Position numbers and translations under genes: made by a program | Virus record (IMG/VR): IMGVR_UViG_3300031418_000007 | Direction: 5' to 3' (one strand) | DNA from: a virus | Taxonomy: Duplodnaviria; Caudoviricetes | Length of the DNA stretch: 64,000 nucleotides | Shown here: positions 1 through 9,291 of the stretch, piece by piece | How the letters are laid out: each line of letters opens with the position of its first letter | Numbering within the stretch: position 1 is the first letter of the stretch | The notes under the pieces: model-generated | Database searches by the model: none | What the model was told of the DNA's origin: nothing | The model's input: the letters and a program-made list of their open reading frames with translations, nothing else

Positions 1-1457
1 TCAAAGTCACCTGAAGCCTGCTTACGTTTACCGGTGAATACCTTGTGCTGCGCCATTACGCCAAGCATGTATTCAGAGAACGGGTTATCCGTAGGGGTGG
101 GTTCCAGGATCATATTTGCCAAACGTGCGTTATCAATAGAACGAAGCTTTATGCTACTATTTGTGAGGAAGTTCTTGACCTTCTGATAACTGAGTTCAGA
201 ATTGTTCTTAATGAAGTGCTTGAACTGGTTTGCCAGTGTGCTCAAACCATCGAAGGTAAACTCCATGCTTGCCAGTTCTTTGTTCAACGCGCTGCCACGG
301 TCTGTGGTCTGCACGATCTCACTGCGGTTCGCGATGATATAGTTGAAGAGCTCAAACATATCCTTCACGTACACAGACTGACTTGCAAACTTACGAATGG
401 AATCTTCTTCCAGCAAATCATTCATAGAGTCGAAGTGTTCATCCATTAAACGGAGAACATAATCGTTGGGGTCGCCAGGTTTAACTGAACAACGCCCAAT
501 CAGTAACCGCCAGTAGTTCTTGTCGTCGATGTCGTCCATCTCAAAGTAAGATGGCATGCACGAGATCACGAACAGAAGCGCTGCAGCATACTGAACACCC
601 ATGCTTGACAACTCTTTTCGCTTTTCATTTTTGTTACGCAGAGCGATACCCAAGTCCAACGGAATAAAGTCACCTAAGTACTTATTGTTGGAGCTGCCGC
701 TGCGCGTGAATATCTCCCAGCGATCTTTGGGGAGACATTGCTTAGTCAGAACTTCTACCGGACCAATTTCATATTCGCATTCGCCGTAAAGACGCATGGC
801 TTCACTAAACCCGAAGTTACCGAAGATATACCAGCTCAACAGCGGGTATGGTGTTTTCTTGCTGGTAATCGCACGGCTTTCGCTTGGACTATAAAAACGG
901 TTGGCGGCTAAGTTTAAATCAATCGTAGAGCGAGGCATAGTTCCCAGTTCGGTGTGAACACGGTCGAAGCGGAAGAACTCTGCGCCAATCTTGGTCTTGA
1001 AACTTAGTACCTTAAAGAAGATAGACTTTTCTTTCGTTACGCTCAGGCCACGTTCTGCCATGACCATCTGCAACGAGTACTGGCTATCACGAATCCAGAC
1101 ATCCCCATAACGATCGCAGTACAGCAGCATCGTAACAATGGGCGGGAAGGGTTTAACTTCACCGGTCTTGGGATCACGCCAGGAGAAATTGACGGTGACA
1201 GGATAGTAGCTCTCTCTGTGCGTGTCGTAAACCTTGGGCTGACGATTACGCAGGAATGCAATGTATTCCTTCGGCTTCATGCGAGTGATGCCGTCAAAGA
1301 TCACGCCTTTCTTTTCAACGTCTTTGAAGATTAATCGATAGATATAGTTCAGGTGACGATATCCGCCTTCAAACTCACGGAGATGGAACCCATCAACAAT
1401 AGATTTGTTGAACCTCGGCATTGTGGCATCAACTGCGTCTACTAGTTTCGGTTGCAT
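1..1457 (-). CDS. rpoB: Non-virion RNA polymerase beta N-terminal subunit (phiKZ gp123-like), truncated by the window edge
   Basis: Not in the ORF track because it runs off the left edge. ATG at 1457 follows GGAGG; translation starts MQPKLVDAVDATMPRFNKSIVDG, and spot checks (YSLQMVMAERGLS; VMAQHKVFTGKRK at the edge) are open. Lies two genes downstream of the major capsid gene, as in phiKZ-like phages. Confidence 0.7.
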   Translation of the reverse strand, partial: MQPKLVDAVDATMPRFNKSIVDGFHLREFEGGYRHLNYIYRLIFKDVEKKGVIFDGITRMKPKEYIAFLRNRQPKVYDTHRESYYPVTVNFSWRDPKTGEVKPFPPIVTMLLYCDRYGDVWIRDSQYSLQMVMAERGLSVTKEKSIFFKVLSFKTKIGAEFFRFDRVHTELGTMPRSTIDLNLAANRFYSPSESRAITSKKTPYPLLSWYIFGNFGFSEAMRLYGECEYEIGPVEVLTKQCLPKDRWEIFTRSGSSNNKYLGDFIPLDLGIALRNKNEKRKELSSMGVQYAAALLFVISCMPSYFEMDDIDDKNYWRLLIGRCSVKPGDPNDYVLRLMDEHFDSMNDLLEEDSIRKFASQSVYVKDMFELFNYIIANRSEIVQTTDRGSALNKELASMEFTFDGLSTLANQFKHFIKNNSELSYQKVKNFLTNSSIKLRSIDNARLANMILEPTPTDNPFSEYMLGVMAQHKVFTGKRKQASGDF

Positions 1458-1473
1458 CAATCCTCCATTTGTG

Positions 1474-2484
1474 TCATGCTACTGTTTTGTAAATACTCAG
1501 CAGCGCGCTACAAACAATCGAAGCATTCTTAACATAGCCTCCTAGTGTATCCATTCCGGCTTTCTTCTTCTCCAACTTCTCGAAGAACTTCTGCTCCATA
1601 TCCTTTTTGGTGACTTCGGCTTTAAGTGTAGCAACTTCATTTGTAACGACCGCTACGCGTTGTATCAATTCCCCAATGCGTGTGCGCTGGGTGGACAACA
1701 TGGTCATCAGATCACGACTTTCTTTCTTGACGTTATCCAGACTCTTGCGAGTACGGATCAGCTCGTCAGTGTTGCCTCCTAAAAGTGCTTCTTGTTCACT
1801 CATGAATATACCATATTGCTGTAGTATTTTATTATCGATCTCATCGAAAGTATAATAGCATTGAATACCGTCGACATCCTCGCCCTCACAAAACAGATAC
1901 AGACCAGGCGGTTGATCTGTAGCCCTCACTGCATCCACCTTTACCGCACGACCAAACACATTGGTCCAGAGATTACTGAAACGACGATCTGGGTCAATGA
2001 GCTTAATGGTTGCGTTAACGCTATTGCTGATATTGGCTGAATCAACAAGATCGTCTAACGCCTCGTTGGGTGTATTCAGCGCATGAAGCGCACGCTGATA
2101 TTTGCCCAGGTAAAGAGTGAATCCCAACATCTCGCTGTGTACCGAGTTCTTGCGACTTAATTCTTGTGCTGTGATATAAACCGTAAAGGTAAGGCTCTGA
2201 CAGCCCAACAAGACTTCATCGTGCGGATACGTGCGAATGATTCCATCAATATGGTCTTTCAGTTCCTGCATTACTTTGCGGTCAAAGTTCGTCAGTGCGT
2301 CATTGGGATTAACCCGCAGCTTACGAATGTCCACATCATTAATACGAAACTCAATGTAAACTCGCTCCCCTACATCGGTCCAGTTATCATGCAATTCATA
2401 ACCGATCCCACCTTTGTATCGGATCTGCAAAGGAACAGCCTTTGGATTGAATATCTTGTAATCTAAATTAAAGCATCGATTCAT
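1474..2484 (-). CDS. Hypothetical protein with C-terminal coiled coil and hydrophobic tail
   Basis: 336-aa ORF; heptad-rich C-terminal third followed by ASIVCSALLSIYKTVA. Confidence 0.75.
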   Translation of the reverse strand: MNRCFNLDYKIFNPKAVPLQIRYKGGIGYELHDNWTDVGERVYIEFRINDVDIRKLRVNPNDALTNFDRKVMQELKDHIDGIIRTYPHDEVLLGCQSLTFTVYITAQELSRKNSVHSEMLGFTLYLGKYQRALHALNTPNEALDDLVDSANISNSVNATIKLIDPDRRFSNLWTNVFGRAVKVDAVRATDQPPGLYLFCEGEDVDGIQCYYTFDEIDNKILQQYGIFMSEQEALLGGNTDELIRTRKSLDNVKKESRDLMTMLSTQRTRIGELIQRVAVVTNEVATLKAEVTKKDMEQKFFEKLEKKKAGMDTLGGYVKNASIVCSALLSIYKTVA

Positions 2485-2543
2485 TTTTAGGGCCCTATAT
2501 TTGATTCTCTGATCCGTCGATCATTTTGAGTGTATACTGTCTA

Positions 2544-2569
2544 ATAATGTAGGTCTGAAAATAAATAGC
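2544..2569 (-). promoter_or_regulatory. Putative early (virion-RNAP) promoter, TTTTCAGACCTACATTAT
   Basis: 25/26 identical to 54872-54897; core CTACATTA resembles the phiKZ early motif TATATTAC; immediately downstream of a terminator. Confidence 0.6.
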
Positions 2570-2580
2570 GAGCATAAATA

Positions 2581-2615
2581 ATACTACTCCCAACCCTTCC
2601 GGGCGGGAGTAGTAT
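2581..2615 (-). terminator. Intrinsic terminator after the major capsid gene
   Basis: ATACTACTCCC/GGGAGTAGTAT stem with inner CCC-TTCC-GGG, followed by a T-rich tract on the minus strand. Confidence 0.8.
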
Positions 2616-2700
2616 TTATGATTACAATCGGGGTTGGCCTCCCATCATCCTAGGTAAGCCGACTGATCAAGTTCACCGTAATAGGTTGACGGGAGGATGA

Positions 2701-4962
2701 TCAGTTTCCCGGGGCTGGGGTCACATCTTTAGTGATCACCGGAGAAGACGCGTCGTTCACGATCTTCACTTCAGATGGGCCAGTAGCAGCGCCGCCAGAA
2801 GTGGTGTTCAGAGTGGTACCCGGAGCAGAGCTAACTTTGACACCGCCCAGCTTGAAGAACACGCCAGCATCGCCCAGGAAGTCCGCAGCATCTTCGATGA
2901 CCAGTGAGCCAACGATGACGTTCAGGTTCCAGTGCAGGTAGCAAGGCATGGTCATCATGACGCCGAAGTCTTGGTTGCCACGAGTTACGTTGCCGTGCAG
3001 CACAACGTTTTCTTTAGCAACGTTAACACCGATGCCGCCCAGCGGGTTGATACGATCTTCAGTTGAGTCGTTCTGAGGAACGATCAAGATCTTACCGATC
3101 ATGCTGTCGAAGTTGGTCGCAACGATGTTGAAGTCTTCAGACGCAGTGATACGCGCGTCGCCAGAACGCATCAGGAAGCGCTCGAGGTTCTGGTGCACGA
3201 TCACAGACCATTTGGTCTTAGCGATACCAGAGTACTCGTTGATGGCAGCGATACCAGATTTGAACGCCAGGGCAGCAGTGATGTCCTGGATTTCAGTCAG
3301 CAGCAGTGAACACACGTTGTCGAACACGTCGATGTTTTCAGGAGAAGAGATGTGATCCTGAATACGGAACGAACGATGAACGGTAGACGCTTTAACGTAC
3401 ATGCGACCCGGCAGATCGTTACCGCCGTTTTCGTTATCAACAACTGGCGCACCATCGATAGAAGTGAGGTATTCCAGATGCTTGTACGCGGTTTCGAAGG
3501 CTTTCTTCGAGCAGTTAGTCTGGATGGTAACACCCATGTAGCTAACAGCGTCGTCCAGCGCTTCTTTGTTCACGTCTTCTGCGCGGATTGGGTATTTGAC
3601 AGAGATCGGATCCTGACGACGAGTGGTCAGTTCTTTGCTGGTGTCGAATACTTCCAGGCGGTAGCCGAAGTTGCCGTTAGAGGCGTTGGTCAGGTTCATG
3701 CTTGGAGTTGCAGCATTAACCACACCGCCTTTCAGGCCCTGCAACAGCGCTTTCTGCTCAGCGGTAGCCGTTGAGTGAGTGATACGCTTGTTGTTGTCGT
3801 TCAGATCGGTCAGAGACTCGATGTTAACCTGACCAGTGGTCAGCTCCAGACGGTAAGACTGGCGGTTGAAGCGCGCGGTCATGCGGACGTTGAGGTTAGG
3901 CTCATAGCCTTTGTCGTAGTACGCTTTGAACAGAGCTTTAACACCTTTACCATCTTTGTCAACCAGCGCAGAAACCGGCAGGTGACGCAGAGTGATGTCC
4001 AGATCACGGTCGTTTGAGTTCTGGCCAACAGAGGTCGGAGACATGTTGATGTTGGTCATGGACTCGGTAGGAACGAATGCCTGGATAGCAACACCGTTCA
4101 GTTTACCGCCGAAGCCCAGTTCCAGGATACGGATAGATGCAGATTCAACATCATCAGTATCAGTCCACGGACGCTGACCAGGTGCCTGGCACAGACCCAT
4201 CAGGTTGTTAACAACGCTTGGTACTGCCAGCATCTGGGTCAGGTGAGCCTGACGACCGTATGCATCACCGGTAGGGTAATCCTGATCAACTGGTGCTTTC
4301 AGGTCCGCATCGATGAACAGCTGAGCGTTTTCGTCGTTTTCGTCGGCCGGCAGAACTGGCCAAATGCGCAGCACGTCATCTTTGAAGATGTCGCCGTTAC
4401 GCAGGATACCGAAGATTGGAGTCAGTTCGGTAACGCTTTCCCAGGCAGAGGCGCCAGAAACGTATGAACCTACACCGGCAGCACGCACGGTCAGTTTCAC
4501 ACCTTCATCTTCGTAACGTACGGAGATGGTTTTGTACAGCTCTTCAGCAGCTTTGGTCTGCAGACGAGTCTGAGTGTTCAGAACGATGTTAACCGCTTTG
4601 GTTTCCATGCTCTGACCTTTGAACTGCGCCAGGGTGAATGATTCAAGACCCTGACGTTTCGCGATATCGTTCAGCGTGTCTTGCGTGAAGACCTGCGCTG
4701 CGATCTCGGTGTGGTTGTCACGACCGATAGCTGCACGGGCTGCATCGAAGCCGCCGTTGTTCAGGTTTGCTTCCATACCTTTCTGGAAGCCTACCAGACC
4801 CTGTGCTTCACCGCCAAAGATCTGGCCAAACTGCTGTTTTGCATCAGAGAAAGACTCAACGCCACTAAGCGCAGCGAAGCTTTGGTTCTTGGTCAGGGAC
4901 AGAGCCTGATTAATGAGGTTGCCGGTGTTGCGAACGCCAGCTTTGACGGGTTTAAAAGCCAT
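2701..4962 (-). CDS. Major capsid protein (phiKZ gp120 / SPN3US gp75-like)
   Basis: 753 aa; N-terminal propeptide rich in G/S-x-E sites (SGVE, KGME, QGLE, QSME); highly biased codon usage; synteny DnaB - small ORF - MCP - nvRNAP beta. Confidence 0.85.
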   Translation of the reverse strand: MAFKPVKAGVRNTGNLINQALSLTKNQSFAALSGVESFSDAKQQFGQIFGGEAQGLVGFQKGMEANLNNGGFDAARAAIGRDNHTEIAAQVFTQDTLNDIAKRQGLESFTLAQFKGQSMETKAVNIVLNTQTRLQTKAAEELYKTISVRYEDEGVKLTVRAAGVGSYVSGASAWESVTELTPIFGILRNGDIFKDDVLRIWPVLPADENDENAQLFIDADLKAPVDQDYPTGDAYGRQAHLTQMLAVPSVVNNLMGLCQAPGQRPWTDTDDVESASIRILELGFGGKLNGVAIQAFVPTESMTNINMSPTSVGQNSNDRDLDITLRHLPVSALVDKDGKGVKALFKAYYDKGYEPNLNVRMTARFNRQSYRLELTTGQVNIESLTDLNDNNKRITHSTATAEQKALLQGLKGGVVNAATPSMNLTNASNGNFGYRLEVFDTSKELTTRRQDPISVKYPIRAEDVNKEALDDAVSYMGVTIQTNCSKKAFETAYKHLEYLTSIDGAPVVDNENGGNDLPGRMYVKASTVHRSFRIQDHISSPENIDVFDNVCSLLLTEIQDITAALAFKSGIAAINEYSGIAKTKWSVIVHQNLERFLMRSGDARITASEDFNIVATNFDSMIGKILIVPQNDSTEDRINPLGGIGVNVAKENVVLHGNVTRGNQDFGVMMTMPCYLHWNLNVIVGSLVIEDAADFLGDAGVFFKLGGVKVSSAPGTTLNTTSGGAATGPSEVKIVNDASSPVITKDVTPAPGN

Positions 4963-5027
4963 CGTATAAATCCTTCTGTTTCAGTTAAGACATGAAATAA
5001 ACAAATATATTTGTTAACTCGCTTGCG

Positions 5028-5035
5028 CATAAAAT
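5028..5035 (-). promoter_or_regulatory. Putative late promoter ATTTTATG upstream of the MCP gene
   Basis: The same octamer recurs at 12104, 15417, 21189, 31418 and 33864, always upstream of minus-strand genes; contains the phiKZ late TATG motif. Confidence 0.6.
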
Positions 5036-5060
5036 ATAACAGTGATAGCTATAGTCTACG

Positions 5061-5627
5061 TCAAGGCTCCTGTTCCAGTGCATAGAATGCGTTCGAGAGA
5101 GTGAACTCGTTGACACCCGTATGTACCACTGCGTTAAAATGCAGATCCTGATAACCAAAGAAATTATAGAGTGTATCCATAATAGCGGTGGCCAACTTGT
5201 CCGCTTTAAGCAGAGTCCAGTTAGGGTAATCAGACTGCACACAACCTCTGTCCGCGATCATCAGAACAAGTCCGTTTTCAGCACGACGATAGAAGTACGT
5301 GTTATGGCGTTGCAATAATTCAATAAAATACTGCTTAATGTCATCACGTGCGGTGATAACCTCTTTCAAGAGCGCAGCATGCGTTGCATTTGACGTCTCT
5401 ATAGGATAGTCAACATCCGGTTTACCCAGGCGTTTCAAAACAAGTGACTGGAGTAAAAAGAAACTACCTACCTCATCAAATGTTAATTTATTCACCTTTT
5501 TACCAAGCTCGGAAAGCTCGGAATATTTTATACTATTTTTTTCAAGGAGACTGACCATGTCCGAAGTGAGGACCCAGAAGTCAGTTTTCTCATGAACGTT
5601 CTTCAAAATAAATTTCATTGTTGTCAC
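5061..5627 (-). CDS. Conserved protein upstream of MCP (phiKZ gp119 / SPN3US gp74 position)
   Basis: 188-aa ORF (GTG 5627 or ATG 5618); assigned by synteny only. Confidence 0.6.
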   Translation of the reverse strand: MTTMKFILKNVHEKTDFWVLTSDMVSLLEKNSIKYSELSELGKKVNKLTFDEVGSFFLLQSLVLKRLGKPDVDYPIETSNATHAALLKEVITARDDIKQYFIELLQRHNTYFYRRAENGLVLMIADRGCVQSDYPNWTLLKADKLATAIMDTLYNFFGYQDLHFNAVVHTGVNEFTLSNAFYALEQEP

Positions 5628-5637
5628 CGGAGTTAAT

Positions 5638-7191
5638 ATGGGTCATCTGTTAATGTTGGTAAAAGTCCTTACTTGCTTTTATCATGCAAAGAAGTTGAAA
5701 GACCGTGGATTGTTAAATGAGTTGACCGATGTTCTCGGAACAATAAAAACCCCCAACACGGATGTGTTTGTTCAAGATCGCAAGATCGACAGCGCTATTC
5801 GTGCCACCATCGACTGGATACTAGAACAACCGGACGATGAAGCAATCATAAAATCAATGCTTATGCAACGGGTGTATTCGTTTGTAAAAGAAGCACCTGA
5901 GCTGAAAGACTTGATGGAAGTGGGGTTAGAGGACTATCCAACAACCGAACGTACTCGTCAGATCATCTACAAGCATATCGATGAAATAAAGAAAGAGCAA
6001 GAAAGTGTTAAGATCAATGATGCGCTGAAAAAGAAAATCAAGGACTTTCACTTTAAAGAACTCCGCCAGTTTCAGAAGAACGATTGGTTGGAATTCATGG
6101 ATGTCATTCAGGGCAAGATTAACCAAGCTTATAATGATGAAAAGCAAAGTGAGGTTGTTGACTCCGTTTCATCTGAAGATAAAGATCCGTTCATTGAAAT
6201 CATTGAACGTGCTCAGCGTGAGCAGAACGGTGATGGTATCATCAAGTTGGGCATCCAGGGTATCAACAAGGGTTTGGGTCCAGACCAAGGGTTACGTCGC
6301 GGTAAGACGTATCTGTGGAACGCCCTGACTAACCGTGGTAAGTCTCTGATGATGGGTCACGCGATTGCCTCAACCGGTTTGTATAACAAAGCAACACCGA
6401 TGCTGCGTAACAAGAGCAAGATTCCGACTATCGTTCTGGATTCAGCGGAAGATGGTATCGAACTTATCTTGAACCGCATGTACAAACTCATCTGTGTGGC
6501 CAAGACCGGTAAGCTGCGTCCGTTTGAAGAAGTGACGTCAGAGGAGATCTACAAAACCATTACCGAAGCGTTTATCGAAAACGGCTGGTACTTTATCTTT
6601 AACCAGATTGAGCCGAACAAAGATAACTACGCTAACTTCTGTGCACGTATCCGTAAGTTGGAAATGCGCGGTCACGAAATCATCATGTATGTCTACGACT
6701 ACTTGGCGATGATGGAACTCGATGGCATATTGGGTGACAGTAAATCTGACCGACTGCAAATCCTGTTACGTAAGGCGCGTGCGTTTACTTCTGCTCGCGG
6801 TATCTGTTTTAACACACCTCACCAGCTTAACCCGGATGCAAAACGTTTGCTCAGGGAATCAGATGATGACAGCGAGATTTACTTTGCTCAGATGGTTGCA
6901 GGTAAGTCGATGACAGAAACCTCGACGAAGCTAACGAACGAAGTGGATGCAGAGATTACCATTCACGTGGCCAAGACCTCAACCGGTAACTACTTCACTT
7001 ACGCGATTGGTAAGATTCGTGGTGACGCAGGGGATCCAACTTATTCATTTGGTATTTATGATCTGGATCCTGTGTTGGGATTAATCCACGACATTGAAGG
7101 TAAACCGATGTGTCGTAGAAAGATTACTCATCGTTTAAATAACTTCGGAGATTCTGTCCCCGGTGAAGATGACTTTGACATAGCTGCGTAA
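5638..7191 (+). CDS. dnaB: DnaB-like replicative helicase
   Basis: Walker A variant NALTNRGKS, SAED, Walker B YVYDYL, HQLN, C-terminal KIRG; GGAG RBS; opposite strand next to MCP as in phiKZ gp118. Confidence 0.88.
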   Translation: MGHLLMLVKVLTCFYHAKKLKDRGLLNELTDVLGTIKTPNTDVFVQDRKIDSAIRATIDWILEQPDDEAIIKSMLMQRVYSFVKEAPELKDLMEVGLEDYPTTERTRQIIYKHIDEIKKEQESVKINDALKKKIKDFHFKELRQFQKNDWLEFMDVIQGKINQAYNDEKQSEVVDSVSSEDKDPFIEIIERAQREQNGDGIIKLGIQGINKGLGPDQGLRRGKTYLWNALTNRGKSLMMGHAIASTGLYNKATPMLRNKSKIPTIVLDSAEDGIELILNRMYKLICVAKTGKLRPFEEVTSEEIYKTITEAFIENGWYFIFNQIEPNKDNYANFCARIRKLEMRGHEIIMYVYDYLAMMELDGILGDSKSDRLQILLRKARAFTSARGICFNTPHQLNPDAKRLLRESDDDSEIYFAQMVAGKSMTETSTKLTNEVDAEITIHVAKTSTGNYFTYAIGKIRGDAGDPTYSFGIYDLDPVLGLIHDIEGKPMCRRKITHRLNNFGDSVPGEDDFDIAA

Positions 7192-7205
7192 GCACAAGCC
7201 ATAAG

Positions 7206-7235
7206 CTACTCTACTCCCACTCGGGAGTAGAGTAG
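7206..7235. terminator. Bidirectional terminator hairpin between convergent genes
   Basis: Perfect 13-bp stem CTACTCTACTCCC/GGGAGTAGAGTAG with a 4-nt loop. Confidence 0.8.
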
Positions 7236-7239
7236 TGAG

Positions 7240-8577
7240 TTATGTATCCAATCCTTCATAAACCAAGAACAAGAACAGCGTGGCCTTTTCACGAAACACC
7301 GAGTTAGGCTGTTGGTCGTTTTGCAAAGACTGGGTAATTACCCCCAACACAATCCCCTCTACCTCTACCAGGACACTGTTAGCTTGCGTGAAGTAATACT
7401 TACACGGCATACCGGGATAGATCAAATCTGAGTTAGACTGATCCCACGGCACACTAATAAGCTCGCCGTCGTTATAGGCTGTCTCTGAAAGCCCCTTGTA
7501 GATGTTCTCCGCAGGGGTGCGATCATAAACCGATATCTGTTCACCTGAACCACGTTCGGCCGTCTGGTACTCGCTGAGTGAGTCTGAGCGCGTAGTGATG
7601 GCTTTACCCTTGGCGTAGAACATACCCGCTTTACCTGAAATAGCATCAGGGTTAATGATACGTTTACCCACACCGTTGTTCTGGCGATTGATATCCACCG
7701 TGGATTGGTGTTTGGAGTGTCCGGTTGACAAGATCGTCACGGTCTTTTCGTTGGTGTACCAGGTGGTTTCCAACTGTGGTACCGCGTCTTCTGGAAAACG
7801 GAAGATGTCCAGGACCTTTGCTGCTGTAGCGTAACGTCCCATCAGGAAAGGGGGAAACACATAGAACATACCCTTGCGATAAAAGCAAGCCAGCCCCGCC
7901 GAATAGATGCCGTACTTATCATCGTTCTGCAAATAGGTTGGGAGATCCATGAGACGTGTACCATCAGGAATCTCGATGTGTTTATAGACCTTAGTGTTAT
8001 CCCCCTCAATCGGCATGTCCACACCCCGCCACGCGTCAGCACCAGCGAGTCCGACTTGTGACCCATCTGTAATCAACGCATGCACCAGCGCCTTGTCTGT
8101 TCGTCCCAATAAGAAAACAGAGTCACTGGTGAAACTGTTCTTTAATATCGCGAAGCCCAGTTCTTGCAGCTGGAGATTAACGGTGATGATGTTCAGGTTA
8201 TCGAAGTTCTCGAGGTTACTGACCTTGGTGTTGTTACCCGACATCTCTGGATCGTTGTTGGTAAGTGGTATACAACGGTACGTCTTAGCCACTTGCTTGA
8301 GTCCTTCCCGTTCGATAACTTCTATCTTGAGGTTATCTGAAAAAGGCAATACCTGTTTAAGGTAGAGTCCGGGTTGGATCTGACACTTCAGACGGTAGTC
8401 ATCAGCACGTGAAGAAGCAAACATCGACGTTCGTGTATATTCACTGATCAAATACACCGGGATATGTTGCGTTGGCGTAATCAACGTAGCAGAGATGTGG
8501 TAGTAACGGGTCGTGCCCGCTTTAGAGATGGACTTGGCTTGAGTAATTAAGTTCTGTAGCGGTTTTGAAATGTCCAC
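7240..8577 (-). CDS. Virion structural protein, possible baseplate hub (phiKZ gp101 position)
   Basis: 445-aa beta-rich ORF at the end of the structural operon; hub assignment is inference. Confidence 0.5.
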   Translation of the reverse strand: MDISKPLQNLITQAKSISKAGTTRYYHISATLITPTQHIPVYLISEYTRTSMFASSRADDYRLKCQIQPGLYLKQVLPFSDNLKIEVIEREGLKQVAKTYRCIPLTNNDPEMSGNNTKVSNLENFDNLNIITVNLQLQELGFAILKNSFTSDSVFLLGRTDKALVHALITDGSQVGLAGADAWRGVDMPIEGDNTKVYKHIEIPDGTRLMDLPTYLQNDDKYGIYSAGLACFYRKGMFYVFPPFLMGRYATAAKVLDIFRFPEDAVPQLETTWYTNEKTVTILSTGHSKHQSTVDINRQNNGVGKRIINPDAISGKAGMFYAKGKAITTRSDSLSEYQTAERGSGEQISVYDRTPAENIYKGLSETAYNDGELISVPWDQSNSDLIYPGMPCKYYFTQANSVLVEVEGIVLGVITQSLQNDQQPNSVFREKATLFLFLVYEGLDT

Positions 8578-8580
8578 AGG

Positions 8581-9291
8581 TTAACTCCCCCAGATGCCAA
8601 ACTCTTTCCGTGCTTCTTCCTGACGCAACAAGCTGTCTACGTTGGAACGAGGAGGAATGTTGAACGCATCTTGCGGCACATGGCCAATATTCGGCAGAAC
8701 ACGCGTGGTCAAGAGATCATAATAGGAGATGAACTCAGGACGCTGCTCGCGACCGGTTTTGTGGTTGAGCTGGAACAAGCCCAGCAGTCCCAACAGACCG
8801 TTGTCTTCCCCTGGACGTTGACGGGCATCTTCCCGATGAGCACGCTGATTCAGGTACAGACGAATGCGGGCGTAGTCATCAAAGAAGTAATAGCTCAGTC
8901 TTTCGAGGTAGCGAATCTCTTCCGGGTTGATACTGCCGTAGTTCGAGTTAGTCGCATACAGCTCGTACCACAGCGAATTGTACTCCTGAATGGTTTCTAC
9001 AATCTCGATGACGTTTTTGTTGGGAAGGTCCACACGCAGCGGTTGATCTTCGGTAACGTTCTCCAACAGCGGGATAACCTTTTCCATGGTCAGAGCGCGA
9101 CGCACTGGATTAGCAAACACACCGGGATCAGCAATGGTGTCATTGGAACGATACTCACTGCGATCACGAATCTGTTCCGTGGTCATGGTGTGGCTTGGAA
9201 ATACCCAGAACGGGTAGGTGCGCTTGGTAATAATCGCATGCAGCGTAATCGCACGTTTACGGATAGCATGGTAACGTTCCACTTCAATCAT
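8581..9291 (-). CDS. Conserved hypothetical protein
   Basis: 236-aa ORF, ATGA-coupled to the upstream gene. Confidence 0.75.
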   Translation of the reverse strand: MIEVERYHAIRKRAITLHAIITKRTYPFWVFPSHTMTTEQIRDRSEYRSNDTIADPGVFANPVRRALTMEKVIPLLENVTEDQPLRVDLPNKNVIEIVETIQEYNSLWYELYATNSNYGSINPEEIRYLERLSYYFFDDYARIRLYLNQRAHREDARQRPGEDNGLLGLLGLFQLNHKTGREQRPEFISYYDLLTTRVLPNIGHVPQDAFNIPPRSNVDSLLRQEEARKEFGIWGS

